A stretch of DNA of 64,000 nucleotides from Scyliorhinus canicula (taxonomy: Eukaryota). Below the pieces are notes generated by a model, which saw only the letters and a list, made by a program, of their open reading frames with translations, was not told the origin of the DNA and made no database searches. Positions 13,310-25,165 of this stretch are shown piece after piece (position 1 is the first letter of the stretch; each line of letters begins with the position of its first letter). The stretch spans positions 107,238,708 through 107,302,707 of the forward strand of contig NC_052160.1 in the NCBI RefSeq assembly GCF_902713615.1. The letters are read 5' to 3'. A program made the position numbers and the translations under genes.

Positions 13310-14205
13310 AGATAGGAGCAGGAGAAGACCTTTCCGCCCTACGAGCCTGCTCCACCATTTATCACAATCATGGCTGATCATCCAACTCAATCGCCTAATC
13401 CTGCTTTCTCCCCATAGCCTTTGATCCCATTCTCCCCAAGTGCTATATCTAGCCACCTCTTGAATATATTCAATGCTTTAGCATCAACTGCTTCCTGTGG
13501 TAATGAATTCCACAGGCTCACCACTCTTTGAATGAAGAAATGTCTCCTCATCTCTGTCCGAAATGGTTTACCCTGAATCCTCAGACTGTGACCCCGGTTC
13601 TGGACACACCGACCATTGGGAACATCTTCCCTGCATCTACCCTGTCTAGTCCTGTTAGAATTTTATAGGTCTCTACGAGATCCCCCCTCATTCTTCTCAA
13701 CTCAGCGAGAACCATCCTAACCTAGTCAATCTCTCCTCATGACAGGCGCGCCATCCCTGGAATCAAGCTGGTAAACCTTCGCTGCACTCCGAGAGTGCAG
13801 GGGCTGGTTTAGCACATTAGAAGCTGGTTTAGCACATTAGAAGCTGGTTTAGCACACTGGGCTAAATCGCTGGTTTTTAAAGCAGACCAAGGCTGGCCAG
13901 CAGCACGGTTCAATTCCCATACCAGCCTCCCCGAACAGGCGTCGGAATGTGGCGACTAGGGGCTTTTCACAGTAACTTCATTGAAGCCTACTCATGACAA
14001 TAAGCGATTTTCATTTCATTTCATTTTCGAGGGCAAGAACATCCTTCCTCAGAAAAGGAGACCAAAATTGCACACAATATTCTAGGTGTGGTCTCACCAA
14101 GGCCCTGTATACTTACAGCAACATATCTCTGCTTCCATACTCAGAACTTCCCACAATGAAGGCCAAAATACCATTCTTTACCGCCTGCTACACCTGCATG
14201 CTTAG
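13310..14205 (-). mobile_element. CR1 LINE 3' fragment, interrupted by a SINE at 13801-14028
   Basis: CR1 ORF2 C-terminal motifs on the minus strand ([15 protein letters not shown]) and CR1 3' UTR. Confidence 0.85.
13801..14028 (+). mobile_element. Short tRNA-SINE with (CATTT)n tail and triplicated 5' end
   Basis: ggttcaattcc B box; tail gaatgtggcgactaggggcttttcacagtaac..catttcattt; other copies at 18704-18880, 31490-31597, 56235-56418. Confidence 0.85.
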
Positions 14206-14399
14206 ATGCAATATGTTTCTTCTAGTAGTCACTTTATACTATAGGAACATGCATCTACAAACCTAAACACAAAAGGAGAACCCCCATGTGAAATCTGAAC
14301 TGGAATTGAAATATAATTAGGACCTCAATATTTTGGAAGATGTATGCAAAGTTTTGCATTCGGATTTGTTTTTACTTCGATGAATTGGAGCAGAGAGGA

Positions 14400-14720
14400 A
14401 GCCATGTGATATTGGTTAGTACTGCTGCCTCACAACACCAGGGGTCCGGGTTCAATTCCGGCCTTGGGTCACTGCCTGTGTGGAGTTTGCACACTCTCCC
14501 CATGTCTGTGTGGGTTTCCTCCGGGTGCTCCGGTTTCCTCCCACAGTCCAAAGATGTGCGGGTTAGGTGGATTAGCCATGCTAAAATTGGCCCCTAGTGT
14601 CCAATGATTTGCAGGTTACGGGGATAGGGCAGGGGAGTGGGCCTAGGTAGTGTGCTCAGAGAGTCGGTGTTGACTCAATGGACCAAATGGCTTCCTTCTA
14701 CATTGCAGGGATTCTATGGT
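14400..14720 (+). mobile_element. HE1/V-SINE with CR1-type tail
   Basis: V-domain; tail ttctacattgcagggattctatg. Confidence 0.9.
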
Positions 14721-17019
14721 ACTATAATTCTAAATATCAGAGCTACAACTTGAATCATCTCTGAACTGATGTGAATGAATAAATGGTGAATCAAATCTCA
14801 AAGTTCATTCCCCAAAACTATAATTAAATAAACAGAAATTCCATAAGGCTAATAGAAAAAAAGTTGTGATACTTGATTAAATGATTGAATGATTAAAATC
14901 CTTGCCCTCTAACTGTTTACTATTACCAGTTTGAATACTGACTATTTTATGCCAACAGATGACCTTGTTTCAGGCTTTCTATAAATTACTGAGATTGTGT
15001 GATGCACCCACCTTTTTTCTCCTTCCACTTCACTGCCTTCATTCATCAACCATTAACAAAACTCCCTTTAACAGACAAACTTTTAGAACTGAGGCAGCCT
15101 GAGTCCTGCTGTAGTTCCCCAGAGATGATATTCAAGGAAAAATGGTTCTAACATTTATACAATTCCACAACTTTTTCTTAACTGCAATTAAGAACAAAAG
15201 GCCACGTTGATATTTATTGGCCATTAAGGACTCATTAAGAGTAAGCTTTGGACAAACATTGAAGAAGCTATTAGATAAGATGCATTGTCCTTTATGACAA
15301 GTTAATTAGCTGTACTTAATCCTTTCAATGTGGAATCTTAAACATGTGTATGAAGGGTCTGCTCATTCCAAGAACTTGTGTTTAATGTAAAATCTATTGA
15401 AAACAGCTGCTGAATTTTAGCTGTTTTCTAAGAAGAATCATCCACAAACCAGGATCCCTGTGTTGTAAAATTGTGTGTAAAACCAAAATTGAAAAAAAAA
15501 TCCCTAACATATAGTGAACCCAATCAGCAAAAAGTATTCTGAGGCTGCTTTAGTGGTGAATGACAGTCCTCGCCAACTGGGAAACTGTCTTTCAACTTAA
15601 ATAGAAGGAAAAGAAAACCAAGCTTCCCATCCAGTCTCCAGCAGACAGTCAGTGAATATCTGCAGGTAAACAATTCCAGGTAAATAACACGGAAACCTTT
15701 GGTCTAAAAGTAAGTTCTCCATATCGTGTGAGCGATAGAGAATTTTATCGATCCACTTATTTTGCCAACGCGCCGAGATGTCAACTGTCTTCTTTGGCAA
15801 GATTCTACTATTGGCGGAATAAATCAAATATTTCCGTGCATTAATACATCAAATTTCACTAATCTTTTGCAAAACATCTCAGCACATAACTGTGAAGTAG
15901 TACTATGTGATTCTAGCTCATATTCCATTTTAGATGCTCAGGTCTTTCACTGTGAATATTTATTCTGGAACTTGATTAAGGGACGTCTGAAAATCACAGG
16001 GTTTACTTCTTTGTTGATTCTTTACTTAAATTGTGATAAGTCGAGGGGGGGCAAAGTACAGAACAATAGCCAAACCATTTTTGATCATGGGAACTGTGCG
16101 ACAAGGAGAAGTTTTTTGTTACTTAAAACCAAATTAATGGGATTTTCCCAATTAAATATATTATTTAAAAATATCTTTGGTGCTTTGGGATTGAGAGCAT
16201 ATTGTAGAAAAGACTCGCTACTCTTGGACTTTAGCCAGCAATCTACCCTCAGTTCTAAAACATCACACAGTGCCGTCACTTTTATTGCTGTATTATCTCA
16301 GAGTTAAAGAATTCTGAAGACACGTGTGTGACAATCTTATAGCTACGTTTATTCAGAGAATGCCAATGCCCATAAAACTAATAAATTAGGAAAAGTGCGA
16401 AATTAAATAAACACTGTAGTGTGTTATTGGTTAACAAATTGTCTTGTCCGATTGAAAATTTCCATGGTGTTATGTCTGTTCTTTGTTTTCTGCCCAATTT
16501 TATTCCTAAAATTGATTCCAGTTGCTCTTGTTGAAAACGAACACATGTGGTAATCAACTGCAGTTTGCAGTTTCAAGGCTGTTAATTCGCTTCATTGAGT
16601 ATTAATTTTCCATAGACTAATTCAGACAAGCAGTCTTGAAAAAAAACGTATGCCCCACTGAACACAACAACTGGCTATAAGATACTGAAAATACAATGAA
16701 GGAAACATCTTTGAAACTCTAAAAAAAAAATCACAGTTTTACCTTCTATTTCTGGGAACAGAGGAATAAATGAGCAGGAGGCCATTTGGCCTCATTCAAT
16801 GAATCCATGGCTGATGTGGTTGTGATCTCAGCTCCACCACCTTCCTCTCTACCCCTCTATAATTCTTGACTCCCTTGTCTTACAACAATCTGTCTAACTC
16901 TGCCTTCACTAAGTTCAAAGTCTCAGGCTCCACTAGTGTCTGGGGAAGAGAATTCTACGCAGCAATGACCTTCTGGAGGGAAAGTTTCTCCTCATCTCAG
17001 ATAAAAAGGGAGACCTCTT

Positions 17020-17170
17020 GGGCTGGATTCTCCATCTGTGGGATCCTCCATTTCGCTAGCAACTCACTCACAGCCATGAATTTCCCGACTGCCCGCTGCC
17101 AGAGAATCCCGCTACTGGTGGGGGCACGCTGCACCAGAAAACGGGTCCGGCAGGATGGAGAATCCCGCTC
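17020..17170. mobile_element. Harbinger-like MITE family A (151 bp)
   Basis: TIR gggctggattctcc / ggagaatcccgctc; flanked by CTT at 17017-17019 and 17171-17173. Confidence 0.8.
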
Positions 17171-17173
17171 CTT

Positions 17174-17877
17174 GGGCGGGATTCTCCGACCCCCTGCTGG
17201 GTCAGAGAATCGCTGGGGGCCAGCGTTAATCCCGCCCTCGCCGTGTCCCAAATTCTCCGGCACCGAAGATTAGGCGGGGGCTGGAATCGCGCCGCGCCAG
17301 TCGGCGCCCCCCCCCCAGCGATTCTCCGGTCCGCGATGGGCCGAAGTCCCGCCGCTTTCATGCTTCTCCCGCCGCCGTGGATCAAACTACCTACCTTACC
17401 GGTGGGAGCAGGTGGCGCGGGCGGGCTCCGGGGTCCTGGGGGGGGATGGGGGGCGATCTGGCCCCAGGGGGTGCCCCCACGATGGCCTGGCACGCGATCG
17501 GGGCCCACCGTGCCGTGGGGGCAGTCTTTGTTCTTCCGCCTTCGCCATAGTCTTCACCATGGTGGAGGTGGATGTGACCCCCTCCCCTGCGCATGCGCGG
17601 GGATGACGTCAGCAGCTGCTGACGACCCGGCGCATGCGCGGACTTCCGCCGGCCGGCAAAGTCCCTTCGGCCCCGGCTGGTGTGGCACCAAAGGCCGTCC
17701 ACGCCAGCCGGCGGAGCACCAACCACTCCGGCGCGGGCCTAGCCCCTCAATGTTAGGGCTTGGCCCCTAAAGGTGCGGAGACTTCCGCACCTTCGGGGCG
17801 GCCCAACGCCGGAGTGATTCACACCACTCCACCCCGCCGGTTCCCCTCGCCTCGCCGGGTAGGGGAGAATCCCGGCC
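17174..17877. mobile_element. Harbinger-like GC-rich MITE family B (704 bp)
   Basis: TIR gggcgggattctcc / ggagaatcccggcc; CTT on both sides; homologous to 52581-53312 (opposite orientation) and to fragments at 32341-32525 and 39352-39479. Confidence 0.85.
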
Positions 17878-18703
17878 CTTAACTTTACACTGAGCTTCCG
17901 ATTAGTTGGCCGCTCCATACAAGAGGAAACATCCTCCTGACATCCACCCTATTAGATCCCCTCAGGATTGTATTTGTACCAATAAAATCACTGCTCATTC
18001 TTTGAAACTAACCTGTTCACCTTTCCTCATCAGACAACTCCTTCATCCCAGGGATGAGTCCGGTGAATCTTTTCTGCACTGCTTCTAATACAATTGTATC
18101 CTTTTTTAAAACTGCACATGATACTCCAGATGTGGTCTCTCCAAGGCCCTATGGAACTTTAGCAAAACATCTCTACTTTTATATTCCATTCCCCTTGCAA
18201 TAAATACCTGCATTCCATTTGCTTTTCTAAACACTTGCTGTACCTGCATTCTAACTTTATTTGATTCATGTACCAAGGCACCTAGATCTCTCTATACCAC
18301 AGTTCCACAATCTTTCTCCATTTAAACTGTGTACTGCTTTTTGCCAAAGTGAAGAAGAGCGTTTACCAACATTATAATCCATCTGATAAATTTTCATCCT
18401 CTTACTTAAGCTGTCTCCATTCTTTTGCAGCCTCTACATCCTCCTGAGAACTTATTTTCTTACCTATCTTAGTGTCGAGAGCAAATTTAGCTACCATGCA
18501 TTCGGTTCCTTCATTCAAGGCATTGATATAGATTGGAAATATTTGAGGACTCAGCATTGGTCTATGGGCTTCCACTAGTTACATTTTGCCAATCTGAAAA
18601 GGACCCACTTATCCCTACACGCTGCTTCCTGTCAGCCAACCAATCCTATATTCGTACCATTGTTATCCCCTACACCATCATCTTGTGTCGCAAACTTTGA
18701 TGT

Positions 18704-18880
18704 GATTTAGCTCACTGGGTTAAATCGCTGGCTTTTAAAGCAGACCAAGCAGGCCAGCAGCATGGTTCGATTCCTGTATCAGCCTCCCCGGACAGGCGCC
18801 GAAATGTGGCAACTAGGGGCTTTTCACAGTAACTTCATTGAAGCCTACTCGTGACAATAAGCGATTTTCATTTAATTTCA
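18704..18880 (+). mobile_element. Short tRNA-SINE (same family as 13801)
   Basis: Near-identical body and tail to the 13801 copy. Confidence 0.85.
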
Positions 18881-19254
18881 TTATTAAATCCTTTTGTCCA
18901 ATCCAAGTTCCACACCCATAGGTTCCCCTTTATCCACCTTAAATGTTACTTCATCAAAACACTCTCACAGATTAGTTAAGCATGACTTCCCTTTCACAAA
19001 GCCATGTTGGCTCTGCCTGATCAAATCTTTATTATCTCAGTATCCTGAAATAACCTCCTTAATAATGGATTTTAGCAATTTCCCTATGACAGTTAGCTGC
19101 CTGATTGCCAGTGTATATGATACAATGCAGAACCGAGGACAGAGTTTGTAGGGTACAAGATGGATTGTTGGATTAGTTACTGAATAATCAAGTCACATGA
19201 TCAATTTCTGCTACCATACAAGAGCACTTTGCAACAGCCAATCTTATTTTCTCA

Positions 19255-20165
19255 GGATATGGTATCAGCGTCTGAGTCAAAAGGTTGTGGGTTTAAGTCC
19301 TCCAAGAAATTGAGCATATAATCCAACAAACTCTTCACTGCAGTCTTGAGAAAGTGCTGCACTGTCGGAGGTACTGTCAGTTAGGTTGAGAGGTTAAATG
19401 AGGTCCTATCTGTCCTCACAGATAGCGCAAAAGATCCCATTGGATCCACAACACTGTGCTCCTCCACGTTGTTTTGTTATGCTCTTGACGTAGCATAAGC
19501 TGCTTCCCTGATGTGCACTCTGACAAAAGAAGGTTCAGACTTGGAGATAGCTTTAACACATTTATTAAACTGTTAACAATTCTCCTACTTGGATTTGACT
19601 CTCCTGTTAATCCTGCTATAGCTATTCAGACTATCTAACCAGTCTGCTACAATCCACGTGGTGGGTGTGATGTGTTTCAAATCAACTCTGTCTACTCACT
19701 AAGTGTCTCCATTGGAAAGAGGAAGATCATGTGTGCTGTGTCCTTATATATGGGTTGGTGTAATGCCCTCCTGTGGTAGTGTCATCTCTGTGTGTGTCGT
19801 GAATGCCCATTGGTCGTGTCCTATCTTACTGGCCCATTGGTTGAATGTCTGTTTTGTCAGGTCTCTGGTGCTCCCTCTAGTGTCTAGCTATTCTACGTGT
19901 ATTTACATTAACCCCTTGTGTAATTACAGTGATGCATATCACCACACACGTGTCCTTGCCAATATTTATCTTTCAACCACAATCATTAAAACAGGTTATC
20001 TGATGCTTATCTCATTGCTGCTTCTCAAACCTAACTGTGCATACATTGACTTTCATATTTCCTATATGACAACAGTGATTACAATTCTAAAGAACTTAAT
20101 TGGTTGTAAAATGCTTTCGGACTTCAGTCAATCATGAAAGGCACAATATAAATGCAAGTACTTTC
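19255..20165 (+). mobile_element. DeuSINE (SacSINE1/AmnSINE1-related) split by a solo LTR
   Basis: Deu-domain motifs aaagatcccat, gtccttgccaatatttatc, acaacagtgattaca and tail gaaaggcacaatataaatgcaagt, recognised from recalled consensus. Confidence 0.75.
19470..19946 (-). mobile_element. Solo LTR (477 bp)
   Basis: TG...CA termini; 5-bp TSD cacgt (19465-19469, 19947-19951); CCAAT boxes, TATA and AATAAA in order on the minus strand; paralogue at 43979-44456. Confidence 0.92.
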
Positions 20166-20941
20166 TATCTTTCTATTAAATATCTCTAAAGTGAGATTGA
20201 GATCCCTGAACCAACAAATGACATCACAGTATGTTAACGTACTGACTCTGGAATACTGGGGAGCACAGATTCACTAAAGGAAAAGAAGTAAACATGTGCA
20301 TGATGGAGAATTAGATTCAGCAAAGGAGGAATTGAGAAATGTATCCTTTATTAATTGCTGCCACCAGTTCCTCACACATTTAAGAAATACCTCAGGATAT
20401 ATTAGTCCCATCCTCAAATGGTCTTACTTCCCTATTTGAAAGTCCATTTTTCCTAAACATTTTTTGCTGTAATTGCTAACCCCCTCAGTGGGGTCCACTA
20501 TTTTGCATTGCTTCCTAAGCTAGGCACTGAGATAAAACAACTGGGCACTCACCCCAGTATCAATCATGACTCAGTTATCAAAGCTATTTCTCAGTCATTG
20601 GGCTGCACTCATAGAAGTGTGGCTTTTGCACCTATTTCAAATACATATAGACAATGCTAGGGAAGTCACCAATAAAAATATAGATTTATATTTTGAATTT
20701 CGCCAACCCAAACTAACAGTTTAAAGAGAAAATATTGTGTTTTAAATATATTGTTCTAATCTGTTAAGATGGTAGCCTACCAATGTAAAAGATAATGGGT
20801 AATGTGAAAGGAATCGTCACCTTTGAAGGTCTGAATCTTACATTTTTTTAAGTAGCTAAAGAGGGCGATAAAAGTTGTACTTGACTTCATTGCTTTTTAA
20901 TGTGACAATAAAAAGAAGACATCTGGCCCATCATGCCTTTC

Positions 20942-21075
20942 ATAGAATAAAATTATAGAACCCCTACAGTGCAGAAGGAGGCCTTTTGGCCCATCAAGTC
21001 AGTACCGAACTTCTGAAAGAACACCGTACACAGACCCAATTCCCCCCCCCCCCCAATCCCCGTAATCCCACCTAT
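20942..21075 (-). mobile_element. HE1 SINE 3' fragment
   Basis: atagaacccctacagtgcagaaggaggcc is the HE1 tail in reverse complement. Confidence 0.75.
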
Positions 21076-21084
21076 TTATCTCTT

Positions 21085-22105
21085 AAAATGTTTTTATTGA
21101 GATTTTGGTGTGCAAAACAAGTATAAATATGGACAAACAGTAGGAGACAAAAAGAGAAAGTAAGAAATAAATCTAGAACTATTTACACATCGGTCGGTTT
21201 CAACTATTTACATACATTCACTGTAGGTTTTTTTTCTTTTACATTATTCACAGTGGTAGTTGTGGTTTCCTGTATTTCGTTCCCCATCGGTTTTCTTTTT
21301 ATTTCCCCCTTTGGTTCAGGATTTTAGCCCTGTCCCCCCTTATTTCTCATACTTCTTTTGTTGAGCAAAATGGTTGTGTTCCATGTTTCCTTGCCCCCCC
21401 GCCACTCCCCTTCCCCCCTCCCCCTTCCTTGCTGTGTCGTGACTACCCCTCCTGTTCTTTGACTTCTTAGTTGTTGGCTACAAACAGGTCTTGGAACAAC
21501 CGAATGAATGGCTCCCACGTTTTGTGGAAACCTTCCTCCTACCTTTTGATGGTGAATTAAATTTTCTCCATTTGGAGAAATACCGATAGGTCGGACAGCC
21601 AGCCTGCAGCTGTGGGTGCTGCTGCTGACCGCCAGTCGAGCAGGATTCTCCGGCAGGTGATTAGGGAGCAAAGGCAAGGGCGTCGGCCCTCCTCCCCATG
21701 AAGAAATCTGGCTGTTATGATACCCTGATAACTGCCACTCTTGGGCAAGGCTCCATCCTCATCCCCACCATCTTGGTCATTGCCTCGAAGAAGGCTGTCC
21801 AAAACCCAGAGGTTCTGGAGCAAGACCAGAACATAGAACATAGAACATAGAATGGGCAGGTTGGCCAGGACGCCTTGGAACCATTGGCATTTATCCTCCA
21901 CCTCAGGGAAGAACTGTTAATTCGGGTTCTGGTCTGGTTAAGTGGGGTCTATGTACCACTTTTAGCTGCATTAGGCTGAGGCTTGCATTTGTGGAGGTGG
22001 AGTTGACCCTGTGCAGTGCTTCGCTACAGAGTCCCCACCCTATTTCAAATCCCACGTCCTCCTCCCACGCCTTCCTTACCTTGTCAAGTTGGTGTAAAAG
22101 CCCCC
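21085..22105 (-). mobile_element. L1-clade LINE 3' fragment (ORF2 C-terminus plus 3' UTR)
   Basis: Minus-strand peptides EALHRVNSTSTNASLSLMQLKVVHR and GWLSDLSVFLQMEKI; polyA-type end near 21090. Confidence 0.8.
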
Positions 22106-22544
22106 AAATGTCAGCACACTCCACACTGTCACCCGAGGTCAGAAACTAATGAGCGTTGTGGTGGCCTCATCACCATAGAGGCATCACTGCCGTGGACATT
22201 TTCAAAAGCGCGCTGACAGAATGCAATGGCAATCAGGCAGTGAGTCTGGATTAGCTGGGGTGAAGGAATCCTCGGAATCAAGGAGAACCTGTGGGGCTCG
22301 CCCAGGTCAGTCAGGCAGGTGCCAGATAGGGGAGATGAGTAAGATCGATCATGAGGGCAGGAGGGAGATCTTTCAATGGGGTCAGCCCTTTGTGGGCCAC
22401 TGGCTGCCTGTTCACGAGGGAAAGCCTTCCCCCAACCAGGCTCGCAGGGAGGCCATCAGCTTTAACTTGGTGGCCTCACATGTGGTTTGCCCCCACTTTT
22501 TATGATGCAAGCAGCAACAAGCTGAGGCCCATTAAAAGACCGCT

Positions 22545-22851
22545 TAATAATAATCTTTATTAGTGTCACAAGTAGCCTTACATTAACACTGCAATGAAGT
22601 TACTGTGAAAATATCCTGATCACCACATTCCGGCGCCTGTTCGAGTACACTGTGGGAGAATTCAGAATGTCCAATTCACCTAACAAGCCCGTCTTTTGGG
22701 ATTTGTGTCATGAAACCATAGCACCTGGAGGAAAGCCCACGCAGACACAGGGAGAACGTGCAGACTCCACACATAGACCCAAGCCGGGAATCAAACCCGG
22801 GTCCGTGCCGCTGTGAAGCGACATTGCTAACCACTGTGCTACCATGCTGCC
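22545..22851 (-). mobile_element. V-SINE with alternative (L2-like) tail ending in ATT repeats
   Basis: V-domain plus tail related to the 13801 SINE tail (gaatgtgg..ttttcacagtaacttcattg). Confidence 0.85.
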
Positions 22852-24284
22852 TCAGTAGTTGCCGTCCAGGGAGGAAGGCCATGCTTGACATTCCCTGCCC
22901 CTGACATGATCAAGGGGAGTATATAAGGTGACAAACCGTTCACCCCACCGCACTCCTGCTTTTCTTTCCAATTTTGCACCCTCCCTCCCCCATTCCCCAC
23001 CTCTCATCCTGGGATTGGGAAATATATGAATGGGCCTTGGGGGGTGTCGCAGGTGCTGAGATGCAATACTCTTGGACATTTTTTTAAATGGTTTCTTTTC
23101 TGCTTTTGCATCAAATAAAAACAGAAAAATAATTTTAAGTGTTGCAAAGACTCAAGCCGCTGTGATTTCATTCACACTGGAGGTATGCCTAGTTATTGTT
23201 CATTGTTAGTGATGTGAAGTGAGAATTAAGGTTCTATGATATTGTGGCCTAGAGCAGCGCTGTTAATGAAAGTGACATGTCGGCATACATCGCTGAACAA
23301 ATATTTCACTGTGTGACATAGAGCAGAGAAGACAAATTAATCCTGATAGCCTTGAAATAAACAGTTTTTTGCAGGCGGGGAGAGAAACAATTGAGAAAAT
23401 CAACATAAAGCAGTGACTTTGATGAAATCTAGTGTGTTGTGATGGAAGTCAGACATTGAGAGTGTGGTGGGTTTTTCCATATATTATTTGGGTGCAGTCT
23501 GAAATCCTTTTTATTTTAGAGGACTTTTATTTTGGAGATTCACAGAAGACAATGTTCTGGCGTCAGTGCAATTTGAGCTGTTATCAGAGCTGTTTTTAAT
23601 TATAATTTTCTGGAAACTCTTTGGAGAAGAAACATATTTGAAACAAGACGCTGCTGTATGAATCTCCTTACAAGAATATGTCATCTGATGAGAATCCCTC
23701 ATGCTATTAAGATAAATGCCCATGATACAAATCCTGTCTCTGCATTCCTGTTGTTTGAATTGGAATTTGGAGATAAGCTCTCCTTAATGAGCGAGTGGAT
23801 AAAGTATTGCCTGATGTAATACTAAGCCATACAGAGTCAGAGGTCCCAGCTTTCATTCCCACTCTCCCTGCTGAATTAGCGGGCCTCAGTTGATGCAGGG
23901 GTTGAGGCATTACAATTAGCCTTACGCCAAACACCACATCCAGGTAACTAAGTAACATCCTACCTGAATCATTTTCTAGCAAATGTGATCATTCACATGA
24001 CACTGAGGCCTAAATTTTTCACCCGCCGTTGGCCCGAGAATGTGATATCTGATGGGCTGACCAGTTAATGGCCAACATGAAGCACTGGGAAAGGCTCAGA
24101 GCTGCTGGGGAGTGTGGGTGCTGACAAAAGGGAAGGTGCAGGCTGGCGCTTCCAATCTGCTTGCTCGGGGGCGGTGGGGGGTAGGGGGTGGGGGGGGGGG
24201 GGGGGGGGGGAGACAGCCGCTGTGGAGCTCCCTCAGGAAGCTGCTGGACTGTTTGTATAAAAAAATTGAGATTGGAAAAACAAT

Positions 24285-25049
24285 GGGTGCGATCCACCGG
24301 CCATGTAGCATCCAAATGGGGGCAAAACTGTGCCAATCGATGCGGAAGAGGCCTCCCCCAGGCTTCCTGACAGCCGAAGCAACTCGGGAGATCTAACCAG
24401 ATCCCACTTAAGACCACTTAACCATGCTGATGCCAGATCAAACTTGCTCCCGGCATCTATGCAGGGAGACCCTAACCGGGCACTGATTAGTACTGGTCCA
24501 CACAAACATCGACAGGCAGAACAGCACCTTAGGGGTCTCCCAGGCCATTGGAGGCCCCTGGGTGGTCAGGGACAGGTAGAGTTGCCAAGATGCCCAGGCG
24601 GCACTCCCAGCTGGTAGAGGCACTGCCAGGGGGCCAAGCTGGCATTTAGGCGCGGTGGTGATCGAGCCGGGGGTGCTCTGTGCAGTTTTGGGGGGGTGTA
24701 ATTTGGGGGGCTGCTAGGGAGCCCCTTACAGTGAGTTGGGGCTTGAGGGGATTTTGGGGGTTGCGTTGGGGGCTCGAGACAACGTGACCCAACTTAAAAA
24801 TGGCATCATGATCTCTCCCTGCACTGGGGAGTTTCAGCAAGCGGCGCTCCTCAGTACAACAAACGAGACTTAGTGCAGACTCGGCCGAGTGTTCCCTGCT
24901 GAGGCCTCGTATCTAACCGGAGTCACGTTTAATAGTGTTGTGTTTCTTGGCGCTGTGAGTGCCAGGAAACATCTGGCTCAACGCGCTCGCTATGGGGCTT
25001 AGTTCCCACTTGGTTAAATCACACGCAACATTTCCGTTAGATCATGCCC
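24285..25049. mobile_element. Harbinger-like MITE family C
   Basis: Termini gggtgcgatccacc / gttagatcatgccc; AAT TSD at 24282-24284 and 25050-25052; interior homologous to 48458-49403 and (inverted) 27941-28840. Confidence 0.75.
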
Positions 25050-25165
25050 AATGCATAGAATGCTGGGCAGCACAGTCAAGCAGGTGTCGTCTGGTTGGGG
25101 TGAGCTCTGCTGATTCCCTGCTTGTTCTGCAATGGGACAGTGCTTTTGAGGAGTGCCGACACCTG

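Larger units (their letters stand above)
16765..19090 (-). mobile_element. Old CR1 LINE fragment, host of the MITE pair (17020-17877) and the SINE at 18704
   Basis: CR1 3' UTR at about 16770; RT-region text near 18900-19030 (catgacttccctttcacaaagccatgttgg); CR1 sequence rejoins across the inserts. Confidence 0.75.

Noticed and set aside
13801-13860. Regularly spaced direct repeat resembling CRISPR
   Set aside because: Tandem duplication with identical spacing sequence in vertebrate DNA; no unique spacers or cas genes.
15762-16307. 181-aa ORF in non-repetitive sequence
   Set aside because: TTG start, no recognisable domain, no convincing splice signals; consistent with a chance ORF. A homology search would settle it.
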